Assembly: GCA_013027745.1 (NCBI GenBank)
Contig: GCA_013027745.1_4329.1
DNA: 41,168 bases
From: a phage
Reading direction: 5' to 3' (one strand)
Of this stretch, positions 8,720 to 16,605 are shown piece after piece; the stretch's first letter is position 1, and each line of letters begins with the position of its first letter. The notes under the pieces were generated by a model. The model was not told the DNA's origin. It worked only from the letters and a program-made list of their open reading frames with translations, and did no database searches. Both the position numbers and the translations under genes were made by a program.

Positions 8720-9892
8720 TTATGCGTAGGTGATACGCTGGATAACAATAGACGACTGGTATTGGTTGCCGGTAGCCTGGCCTTCAATGGACTGAGTGAT
8801 TGACTCAGGTCCGCCAATCTCAGGCGTAACCGCCGTAAGTTCCGCACGTTTCAAACTGAAAGACATAGCACCATTTACCCCTGCCAGAATAGAGTTAATC
8901 TCTACCTGCTGTTCATTGATAAACTTCTGAATCATCGCCATGTCGTACAGCTTGCCGGAGATGGAGAAGGTGTTAGCCGCGCGACCTCGTTCCACGAACG
9001 CAACGCTGCTGTTGCCGAGTTCGAACTGAGCAGATGCGCCGTTGTCGTTGGTGATGGTCAGAGTATCGCAACGCAACGGCGTAGAACCGTCGAACACAGA
9101 CACATCTACAGAGGAGAACGGCTCATCAGTAAACGTCACCTGAGAGAAATCAGAACCTGCTGGCGGTGTGGAAAGAATTTCCTGACTCAGACCGATGAAC
9201 GGGAAGCTGCCTGTCACCATCGCGTTTACGGCCTGTTCAATGGTGAAACCGGAGATTTCCACGCCTTTGGTCAACATGTACGCGTCAGGGTTCCCGCACT
9301 GTCCTTTGAACCATGTCAGGATGGAGAACGTCTTACATGCGTTACCGGTTTCCAGTTTGTCGCCGGTTTTAGCGTCGGTGGTTACAGTCTCTGCTGTCAG
9401 CGTGTGCTGAATGCCCGCGCCCGTAACTACAAGAGCAGAAACCGCGGTCACGATAAACGGTTTTGCGTTGTCGCCGGTTAAGTCGGTGAACGCAATCAGG
9501 TCGCCAACTTCTACACCGTCGGTAATGAAGCTACCAGCGGCGCGGGTGAATGTTTTACCTGCGGGGGCGACCGTAATTTCTGCACCCGTAATCTCTACCC
9601 CATCCTGCCACGTAGATGTCATCGCACCAGCGAGGAAATCATCCTGACTACGGGAGCTAAGCTCAATGGCATACTCTCCGCTGACCTGCTTGTTACCAGT
9701 GCGGATGGACGTAGTTTCACGGCTGCCGTCCAGTTCGTTGGAGGTCAGCGCATCGCGGGTTACCGCAGGAACGCCGCCAGTGTTGCGCAACGGCGACCAT
9801 ACCGGGTTACTTGGTGTTACGCCCGGGGTCACTTCCGCCACATAGAATTGCGCGGTATTCGCGCCCTTAAAAGGAGTTGTAGCCATATTCAC
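8720..9892 (-). CDS. major tail protein
   Basis: 390 aa Thr/Gly/Ser-rich ORF upstream of the chaperone and tape-measure block; followed by a terminator. Confidence 0.6.
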   Translation of the reverse strand: MNMATTPFKGANTAQFYVAEVTPGVTPSNPVWSPLRNTGGVPAVTRDALTSNELDGSRETTSIRTGNKQVSGEYAIELSSRSQDDFLAGAMTSTWQDGVEITGAEITVAPAGKTFTRAAGSFITDGVEVGDLIAFTDLTGDNAKPFIVTAVSALVVTGAGIQHTLTAETVTTDAKTGDKLETGNACKTFSILTWFKGQCGNPDAYMLTKGVEISGFTIEQAVNAMVTGSFPFIGLSQEILSTPPAGSDFSQVTFTDEPFSSVDVSVFDGSTPLRCDTLTITNDNGASAQFELGNSSVAFVERGRAANTFSISGKLYDMAMIQKFINEQQVEINSILAGVNGAMSFSLKRAELTAVTPEIGGPESITQSIEGQATGNQYQSSIVIQRITYA

Positions 9893-10305
9893 AGCCTCTT
9901 GGTGAATGCAATAAAGTTAATTGACAATGGTCGTTTGGCCCATCCGTTTTCTACAATCAGTGGCCCCAGGCTAACCGATTGAACCTCGGCGCAGATGTCG
10001 TTACGTGAAAATGACTTACCTGCTTTAAACGCCGTGTTAAGTAAGTCTGCCATTTTATTGATTGGCGCGCTACCTTTCACCGATGCGTAGTTAATGTCGA
10101 CCTGATAAACACCTGAGCGTTGTTCCGTGAAGAACAAATCCGCCTGCTCCGTATCAGCGAGCAACATGTAACTTGCCAGATACGGGGTATTGGTTGACGT
10201 TGGCGCGTCGATGTTTTCAAGCGCAACCTTGATGCCGTTGGCGGTTCCGAACGATACCAGCGGCACGTCAAACGCTTTTGTTAAGTCCTCAAAGTAGCCC
10301 ATCAT
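9889..10305 (-). CDS. head-tail joining / tail completion protein
   Basis: 138 aa ORF, ATGA coupling, position between capsid and major tail genes. Confidence 0.5.
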   Translation of the reverse strand: MMGYFEDLTKAFDVPLVSFGTANGIKVALENIDAPTSTNTPYLASYMLLADTEQADLFFTEQRSGVYQVDINYASVKGSAPINKMADLLNTAFKAGKSFSRNDICAEVQSVSLGPLIVENGWAKRPLSINFIAFTKRL

Positions 10306-10697
10306 TTCACCTTGTTGGCTTCTTCGTTAATTAGTTGCTGGAAGCGAGACACGTTAGTCCTGACCATCCCGGCTGGGGCCTGTTGTGACCAACCGTACTC
10401 CAGCCGTTGCGCATACGGCAGGTTATTTGTCAGCGTGAACTCGCGCCCGTCAGCGGCTTTCAGTACGAAACTTGTAGCGTTTCCGATAGCTATATTTCCT
10501 GATTTATCCGTAGCGTCTGTAGTTCCGGAGGCAGGAGTCCCGCCAGACGCCATCCAGTTCATACGAAAGCGGCCTGTATCTACCGGACTCGCCTTTATGA
10601 TAGCGGAAAACAGTTTGATAGACACCTGACGCATCACTTTCTCAGGGTTCTTCTTCGCCTTTTCCACGAACTTAGAGACATCGAGCGCGAAACTCAT
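10302..10697 (-). CDS. head-tail joining protein
   Basis: 131 aa ORF in the neck module. Confidence 0.5.
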   Translation of the reverse strand: MSFALDVSKFVEKAKKNPEKVMRQVSIKLFSAIIKASPVDTGRFRMNWMASGGTPASGTTDATDKSGNIAIGNATSFVLKAADGREFTLTNNLPYAQRLEYGWSQQAPAGMVRTNVSRFQQLINEEANKVK

Positions 10698-11053
10698 TTT
10701 CTCACCTGGATAAAGTAGGCCACGACATCATCGTTAACCATCTTCTTCTCGATTGCTACGACAGACCATTGCTCGCCGCCGAATTGCACCTTGTCTTCCA
10801 TCTTCGGAACGACGCTGTAATCGGCTTTAACAATCATGTCGCCCGCCTGAATCGTCGTACCGTTTACCAGTCCCGCGTTTACCGGAACCGGAACGGCCCT
10901 CAACGGCAACACTTCATCGTCAGACCAGACGTGCTCACCGAGAACTTCATCCCACACTTTTGAGCCAGCGCGAACCAGAGATACCGTGCTGCCGAATTTG
11001 GTTAACAGGCGTGTACCCACGCCTTGCATACGTTTACTGAAAGCTGTGCTCAT
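10694..11053 (-). CDS. head-tail joining protein
   Basis: Likely start ATG at 11053 (MSTAFSK), overlapping the upstream stop by 1 nt (TAATG). Confidence 0.5.
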   Translation of the reverse strand: MSTAFSKRMQGVGTRLLTKFGSTVSLVRAGSKVWDEVLGEHVWSDDEVLPLRAVPVPVNAGLVNGTTIQAGDMIVKADYSVVPKMEDKVQFGGEQWSVVAIEKKMVNDDVVAYFIQVRK

Positions 11054-11667
11054 TACGCGGCCTCCAGTCTCGAAATAACCAGTAATGCGGGCGGTGCAGT
11101 ACCCCATGCAGTTACGGTCGCCGCTTGCGGGTATACACCACCGAAGTTGCTTCCTGCGCTATCTCGCATAATCTGAACGGCAAACGTCTGGCCTGCGGTT
11201 GGGTTAATAACGACGCGGGATTCAATCGGGATGGTCACGTCCGCGCTTACCAGCTTAGTTGCTGCGGGAGAGCCGTACTGAGCGCCATTAAGAAGAATCC
11301 GCGATAACAGGATGGACGTTCCGCTAGCACCCGTGCGACCTGCCTGTAACTTGATGCGAACGGCGTAGTTACCCGCGGGGTTGAACGTAACAAGCCCAGC
11401 GGCATTAATCATTACCGGGTCTGATGCACTTCCCTGAGCGGAGCCGAAAGTTAACTGCAGTGCCGTATCTGCTGCGGTTGGCGCTTGTGTTACTGTTGAT
11501 GCAGCGCGGAGAACTTCAACTTCTTTAACTCCTGGAGTGGCGTAGATAGGTGAGTCCGCCATCTGCGTCATTACTTCGCGTAACTTCGCGGGGGTAATAA
11601 GTCCGGTGGTGTTATCGGGGATGTTCGCACCGATAAGGGTGAACATCTCTGTTTTAGTTTTCGCCAT
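11053..11667 (-). CDS. virion structural protein
   Basis: 204 aa ORF in the neck module. Confidence 0.5.
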   Translation of the reverse strand: MAKTKTEMFTLIGANIPDNTTGLITPAKLREVMTQMADSPIYATPGVKEVEVLRAASTVTQAPTAADTALQLTFGSAQGSASDPVMINAAGLVTFNPAGNYAVRIKLQAGRTGASGTSILLSRILLNGAQYGSPAATKLVSADVTIPIESRVVINPTAGQTFAVQIMRDSAGSNFGGVYPQAATVTAWGTAPPALLVISRLEAA

Positions 11668-11669
11668 TT

Positions 11670-12182
11670 TTAACCCCGGTACACGTTAAACGAGAAGCCA
11701 TTGTTAAGACCCCCACACAGCAACGGGCGCAAGGCGTCGTCCGCAGCAGTAATAGCGGTAGTAGCCCCACTGCTGCCGTTGTTGAAGTATGTCACGGTCA
11801 CTGCACCCTCAACACGCTCGGTCTGCACAGAGCGCCCGTCTGAGTTGGCCCGCACTTCTGTACCCGCACCATATGTAACAGCGGCGATTACCTGCGCGAG
11901 AATTACCTGTTTCGGAATGACATTGTTTGCTACAGGGAACCCATTCAACGTCACCCCGGTACGAGGGTACGCCAGAGACTGTTCGGCGGATACACGGCGA
12001 CCGCACATCTGCGGCTCCGCAAGCCCGACATAAGTAGCGCCGTTGCGCAGAGCTACCTCTGCCGCGGTATCGTCTTCCGGCAGCTCAAGGCCATAATTAG
12101 CCGCTAACGCGCGGGCGTCCGCTAGTGAGATGTACGAATCAGCATTCGGGACGATTGCCCCCGTTTCCACGATTAGCGGCAT
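11670..12182 (-). CDS. virion structural protein (head-tail connector region)
   Basis: 170 aa ORF in the neck module. Confidence 0.5.
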   Translation of the reverse strand: MPLIVETGAIVPNADSYISLADARALAANYGLELPEDDTAAEVALRNGATYVGLAEPQMCGRRVSAEQSLAYPRTGVTLNGFPVANNVIPKQVILAQVIAAVTYGAGTEVRANSDGRSVQTERVEGAVTVTYFNNGSSGATTAITAADDALRPLLCGGLNNGFSFNVYRG

Positions 12183-12185
12183 AAA

Positions 12186-12365
12186 TTATTCCTCTGACTT
12201 ACGGCGACGACGCTTAGTACCACCACCGTTGTTGTGCGCTTCTTCGTTGTCCGGTTGGGTCGCAACCAGTTCATCCGCTTCTACAACACCGCGAACAGGC
12301 ATCACCTGACCGTCAACAACGTCAACGTGGGTGTACTTTTCGCGGATTACATAGTTATCTGCCAT
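12186..12365 (-). CDS. small basic-tailed protein
   Basis: Hand-translated 59 aa ORF (MADNYVIREKY...TKRRRRKSEE), SD aaggaaagg upstream; below the track size cutoff. Confidence 0.35.
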   Translation of the reverse strand: MADNYVIREKYTHVDVVDGQVMPVRGVVEADELVATQPDNEEAHNNGGGTKRRRRKSEE

Positions 12366-12401
12366 GACCTTTCCTTATTACGGCCCCGAAGGGCCGTTGT
12401 A

Positions 12402-12752
12402 TTAAGACACAGTTGCTACGGTGCTACTGGAGATAATATTACCATATACGTCGTGAACAACCACTTTATACGTACCGGAGTCGGTAGTAGCGAGTGAAGT
12501 TTTCTCGTAGGTGGTGGCGTTAGCTCCAGGGATAGCGTTGTTATCCTTGTACCACTGGTAAGAGTACGGCTCAAGGCCGCCAGTTACAACTACGGTAAGG
12601 GTCATCGTCTGCCCGGTAGACTTGGTAGTGGTGGCCGCAAGGGGGGTAGAGAAAGACGCTGGTGAGATATTTGCCATGTCGATTTCTACCTGACCATCAG
12701 CCGGGGAGTCGTCAGAAACACCGGTAATGCGACGTTTGATTACATCAACCAT
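12402..12752 (-). CDS. Ig-like domain protein (putative capsid decoration)
   Basis: C-terminal Ig-like signature YSYQWYKDN...DSGTYKVVVHD. Confidence 0.6.
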   Translation of the reverse strand: MVDVIKRRITGVSDDSPADGQVEIDMANISPASFSTPLAATTTKSTGQTMTLTVVVTGGLEPYSYQWYKDNNAIPGANATTYEKTSLATTDSGTYKVVVHDVYGNIISSSTVATVS

Positions 12753-12764
12753 TTTTAAGCTCCT

Positions 12765-13064
12765 TTAGCTTACAGTTCCTGCGTTTTTAAGCGCAGTCAA
12801 CAGATTTGCTACGGTAGTGCGCAGCGCGGTAACATCGGTTCGGAGTTTGTTGTACTCCGCCACAAGGGCGTCGAACTCTTCCTTAGTTGGAGCGGCGGCG
12901 GACTGCACCCCTGCACCAGCGGTAATGGCCGCGGGCGCGGCTACAGTAGCTGACTTTTTAACACCACCAACTACGCTGGTAGTAGCAGGCGTGACTGGGA
13001 TATCAAAGTCGCCGAAGTCGACATTCTGAAGGCTGCGCGGCAAGCCTTTTCCGGTCTTGGCCAT
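12765..13064 (-). CDS. small head-associated protein
   Basis: 99 aa Ala-rich ORF just downstream of the capsid gene; SD GAGGT. Confidence 0.5.
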   Translation of the reverse strand: MAKTGKGLPRSLQNVDFGDFDIPVTPATTSVVGGVKKSATVAAPAAITAGAGVQSAAAPTKEEFDALVAEYNKLRTDVTALRTTVANLLTALKNAGTVS

Positions 13065-13080
13065 AATTTACCTCTTAGTA

Positions 13081-13107
13081 AATGAAAAGAGGGACCGAAG
13101 TCCCTCT
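13081..13107 (-). terminator. rho-independent terminator after major capsid gene
   Basis: agagggac-cgaa-gtccctct hairpin; T-run on the minus strand. Confidence 0.6.
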
Positions 13108-13123
13108 CGATTATAGCTTAACC

Positions 13124-14173
13124 TTAAGCACCTACACCAGTTACCAGGAAGGCAATCGGCACGTGCTTACGGTCAACCACACGGTTCCAGTTGGAGGCGT
13201 TCGCCAGGTCCTGCCAGGAAGCGGAGCGTGCGACGGTCTCGGTGCCGTTGCCAGTGATTACTGCGCTGGTGAAGCTGTAGCCCAGTGGGTGCAGCAACCA
13301 GGTCTTACGGGTCCACAGGGTTTCTACACCACCGCCGTTGCCGCGAGACGCTTCACGTTCGTATTCCAGCGGGTTGGACGGGCTGCCTTCACCATAACCG
13401 ATAGCGCCGTTGCCGAAGATGATGGAGATGAACTTACGGCCCGGGCCAGTACCGACTACGGTCATGCTGTCGTCAACAATCACGCGGTAGCCCTGGTAGG
13501 TGGCGAACATGGTGTTGTTGTCGGCGTCGCGGATGAAGTCAATAAGCTGCTGCTTACGAGCCTGCGCATAAACGAAGCTGTGCATCGCGATAGCACCTAG
13601 CACTTCGCCGCCGTTGCCCATCAGCGCATCACCCATAGTCTGGGTAGCGTCGATGAATGCGCCGGAGTCGAAGCCCAGAGTAGCAGACACGTCGATTACC
13701 ATGTCGTTCTGCTCGTGGTATGCGTCGGTAGCAGCTACGTTGTCGTTGTACAGACCGAGCGCGGTAGCAATCAGACGGCGTTGCGCCTGACGCTGCCAGA
13801 AGTTATCCAGACGAGATGCCACGGATTGCAGAGGGTTCTGGCTGGTCAGTTCTACAGTCAGGTCTGCCTGACTGAAACCTTCGTTCAGATACGCAACGCG
13901 CGCCATCATCTCGCCGGTCTGCACGTTACGCGGGGTAGCGATGTCCTGATATACGTCGTTCGAGTAGTTTGGCTCGATAGAGGTATCAATCGCTTTCCAG
14001 AAAGGAATATTAGCGACGTTGGATGGGCCACGAGCAATCTCGGCAGCGTACGGAGTCGGGGTAAGGATACCAGACTGGAAGAACGCGGTTTTTTCTACCG
14101 GGTCCTCGGTCATGTAAGACGCCAGGACCGGGATGTTGCCAGTTACGATATCGCCGATAGTGGTAATTGCCAT
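13124..14173 (-). CDS. major capsid protein
   Basis: 349 aa ORF immediately downstream of the scaffold gene and followed by a terminator. Confidence 0.75.
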   Translation of the reverse strand: MAITTIGDIVTGNIPVLASYMTEDPVEKTAFFQSGILTPTPYAAEIARGPSNVANIPFWKAIDTSIEPNYSNDVYQDIATPRNVQTGEMMARVAYLNEGFSQADLTVELTSQNPLQSVASRLDNFWQRQAQRRLIATALGLYNDNVAATDAYHEQNDMVIDVSATLGFDSGAFIDATQTMGDALMGNGGEVLGAIAMHSFVYAQARKQQLIDFIRDADNNTMFATYQGYRVIVDDSMTVVGTGPGRKFISIIFGNGAIGYGEGSPSNPLEYEREASRGNGGGVETLWTRKTWLLHPLGYSFTSAVITGNGTETVARSASWQDLANASNWNRVVDRKHVPIAFLVTGVGA

Positions 14174-14175
14174 TA

Positions 14176-14877
14176 TTATTTCCTCAGGGCTTTAAGTTGC
14201 CGTTCAAATTCGGTAGGGTTCGATTTATACAGAGCTAAACGCTCCGCTTCGCTCATGTCTTTAAACGCTGGTGCGGCCCCGCCGCCTTTGCTACCGGAAG
14301 CCCCGCCGCCGGAAGCTGCATTTGCTTTAATCAAATGCGAAAACGCTTTGTGTTCACGCAGGTATTTGCGGAACTGTTCCGGGTCAGTCGTGATTACGTT
14401 GCCGTCTGCGCCGACAAACTTAGTAACCACGTCATCGCCTTCAAACTCAGTCTTAACGAACGGAGCCAGGATGTCCACTGCTTCCGGGGTGATAAAGTCA
14501 CCCGCGAAAGAGCCTAACACCGCTTTACGTTCGCTGCCGAGGATGCGCTCTGCCATTCTGGAGATGCGACCATCTTTCTCGGCTAACACCGGGTCATACT
14601 GGCTACGAATCGTTTTTTCGAACTCGTCCATCTTACCAGCGGCTTTTAACGCCTCCTGGTGTGCGCGCTGCCGTTCTTCTTCGGCCTCTTTTGCTTTGCG
14701 AGCGGCTTCTTTCTTCTCCGCCAGCAACGCTTCCTGATTAGCCTTAAGCCCGGCGACTTCTTTCTCAATCAGCGCCTGAACTTCTTCAGCGGTGAACATT
14801 TTCGGTGCGCCACCGCCACCGGCTTTATCTTCTGCCCCAGCTTCTTCCTGGAACGGATAACGTAAAAAACGATTCAT
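14176..14877 (-). CDS. scaffolding protein
   Basis: Charged Ala/Glu/Lys-rich helical protein directly upstream of the capsid gene; likely start MNRFLRY at 14877. Confidence 0.65.
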   Translation of the reverse strand: MNRFLRYPFQEEAGAEDKAGGGGAPKMFTAEEVQALIEKEVAGLKANQEALLAEKKEAARKAKEAEEERQRAHQEALKAAGKMDEFEKTIRSQYDPVLAEKDGRISRMAERILGSERKAVLGSFAGDFITPEAVDILAPFVKTEFEGDDVVTKFVGADGNVITTDPEQFRKYLREHKAFSHLIKANAASGGGASGSKGGGAAPAFKDMSEAERLALYKSNPTEFERQLKALRK

Positions 14878-14959
14878 AGTCAGTATGTCCCCTGGACGTT
14901 GGAACCCGGGCCACCCGGATTTACATGTCAAGAATAAATTATTCCAACATGCAAGGCAA

Positions 14960-15223
14960 CTATTCCAGAATATTCCTCACGTAATCCTGCAACATGAACA
15001 CTTTCAGTCTCAGTTGCCGTACGCATTCGGCGTTCTGAACGTCGATAGCCAAATCCTCGTCCGCGTCGCTACTTGGCGGTGCCAGCTTGCACGGCGGCTG
15101 CATCATTGTCGTATCCGGGGATGGAATTGGCGTTGGTGACGGCGCGGGACTTGAGCAGGACGCGAGCATCGTCGAAAGTGCACACGCTGCGGCCAGGCGT
15201 TTTAATGTACTTAACGACTTCAC
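14960..15223 (-). CDS. o-spanin (Rz1-like lipoprotein)
   Basis: Signal peptide with lipobox LASC, proline-rich body; starts inside the i-spanin gene in another frame and runs past its stop. Confidence 0.6.
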   Translation of the reverse strand: MKSLSTLKRLAAACALSTMLASCSSPAPSPTPIPSPDTTMMQPPCKLAPPSSDADEDLAIDVQNAECVRQLRLKVFMLQDYVRNILE

Positions 15224-15455
15224 GGGTAATTACCTCTGATTTCGTCTTGCCTTCGTTGTCAGCGGCTGCGGCCTTTGATTCGTCCTGCTGCTGCCGTTGT
15301 GTTTTCTTCGCTAACTCAGCCTGTGCTTTCTGCTGTTGCTGCGAAACGAGATTCGCCCGGCCTTCGTTCCAGCCGCTGCGGTACTGATAGATGCCGTGTG
15401 CGTAAGCCAGGATGATGAAACATGCTCCCGCTACGACAGTTGCTTTAAGATTCAT
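15069..15455 (-). CDS. i-spanin (Rz-like)
   Basis: N-terminal TM helix then charged coiled-coil region; overlapping partner lipoprotein ORF. Confidence 0.6.
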   Translation of the reverse strand: MNLKATVVAGACFIILAYAHGIYQYRSGWNEGRANLVSQQQQKAQAELAKKTQRQQQDESKAAAADNEGKTKSEVITREVVKYIKTPGRSVCTFDDARVLLKSRAVTNANSIPGYDNDAAAVQAGTAK

Positions 15456-15565
15456 GTTTCTCCTTTCTCGATAAGTAAAGCCCCGCCATAAAGCGGGGCG
15501 CTAGTCCTTATCATTTAAACATAGAAACGGCGTAATCTCAGTAAACCAGTTACTTTTTACACAAG

Positions 15566-15712
15566 CAATAGAGTATGGCCCTTCCGAACGCGTCAGCGTA
15601 ACTACACTCAGGACTTACGTCCCGCTCCGTTACCTGCCCGCGCCGCGGTCGCTTGTTCATACTTCACAAGCTCAGGTGGAGCTTAGCACATTTTTAGTGA
15701 AAAGTCAACTAT
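15566..15712. repeat. ~147 bp intergenic repeat, copy A (copy B at 28382-28529)
   Basis: Conserved 5' block (caatagaNtatggcccttccgaa) and 3' block; 34 nt identical core ccgcggtcgcttgttcatacttcacaagctcagg at 15643-15676. Confidence 0.7.
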
Positions 15713-15774
15713 TCGAATAGTTTATTCCAACATTTACAATTCGGTGGAATAACTGGAATGGGTAAATAAATAGT

Positions 15775-15803
15775 TTGCGTACCCCAACATAATAGGGTAC
15801 TAT
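15775..15803 (+). promoter_or_regulatory. sigma70-like promoter, class I, with operator palindrome
   Basis: TTGCGT-N17-TACTAT; accccaacataatagggtactattca; drives the 15831 moron. Confidence 0.55.
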
Positions 15804-15830
15804 TCAGTTAACTTAAACAGGAGGTGTAAA

Positions 15831-16115
15831 ATGACACACAAATTTAAAGGTACAGACGGTGAATGGGTTAATCGTGGAACGGCTATCTGGGCGGGTGATG
15901 TTTATGTGGCGGAGGTAATGAGTATGCGGGAGAAGGCCTCAGTGAAATTGGCTAACGCAAAACTTATTTCCTCAGCACCTGAATTAATTGAAGCCCTTCG
16001 CCAGCTTCGCGATTACGTTGAGGATGTTTGTGTAGTATCCCCTGAGGATTGTCATAAGGACCACCCATTAAATCTGGCAAACAGAGCAATCGAGAAAGCA
16101 TTAGGAAAGAAATAA
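15831..16115 (+). CDS. hypothetical protein (moron with own promoter and terminator)
   Basis: 94 aa ORF, SD aggagg, opposite orientation to the surrounding head genes. Confidence 0.55.
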   Translation: MTHKFKGTDGEWVNRGTAIWAGDVYVAEVMSMREKASVKLANAKLISSAPELIEALRQLRDYVEDVCVVSPEDCHKDHPLNLANRAIEKALGKK

Positions 16116-16119
16116 AACT

Positions 16120-16140
16120 AAGGCCCCGTAATGGGGCCTT
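16120..16140. terminator. bidirectional rho-independent terminator (conserved cassette copy 2, inverted)
   Basis: aaggcccc-gtaat-ggggcctt followed by tttta. Confidence 0.7.
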
Positions 16141-16143
16141 TTA

Positions 16144-16605
16144 TCATTCGGGCTTAGTGACCTTCGCCGCTTTACTTACGGCCTCTACACCATCGGCATC
16201 GGTGACTTTAACGAAGTATTCACCTGCTGCATTAACCGTCAGAGACAAAGCCTCTTCAGGGGCGTTGACCACTTCCTTACCGTCTTTGTACCAGGTCAGA
16301 GCATACGGCGCTTTACCGGCCTTAACTTCGACAGTGATAGTTGCGTTGCCGTCCGTCAGTTCGGCGTCTTTTGGTTGTACGGAGAAATATACATCGCCTG
16401 CGTCCGCCAGATACGGAATCTCGTAAAGCATACCCGCTGCGGGTAGTGCAATACCGGTTTTATCTGCAAAAGGCATGTCGTCTACTGGTGTACCTAGTAC
16501 ACTTTCGTCCCCAATAGACACCACGTTCTCACCGGAGCCAGACACACGAGCAAACTGGACTACACGACGTGAAGGCACATCAGTTACTTTGAAAAAGCCC
16601 ATCAT
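16144..16605 (-). CDS. Ig-like domain protein (putative virion decoration)
   Basis: C-terminal Ig-like signature YALTWYKDGKEV...GEYFVKVTDADG. Confidence 0.55.
   Translation of the reverse strand: MMGFFKVTDVPSRRVVQFARVSGSGENVVSIGDESVLGTPVDDMPFADKTGIALPAAGMLYEIPYLADAGDVYFSVQPKDAELTDGNATITVEVKAGKAPYALTWYKDGKEVVNAPEEALSLTVNAAGEYFVKVTDADGVEAVSKAAKVTKPE

Noticed and set aside
13715-14737. 340 aa plus-strand ORF opposite the major capsid and scaffold genes
   Set aside because: Codon-aligned antisense shadow of highly expressed genes; translation is low-complexity Arg/Ser-rich with no motifs or RBS. It shows how long spurious antisense ORFs can be in this genome.
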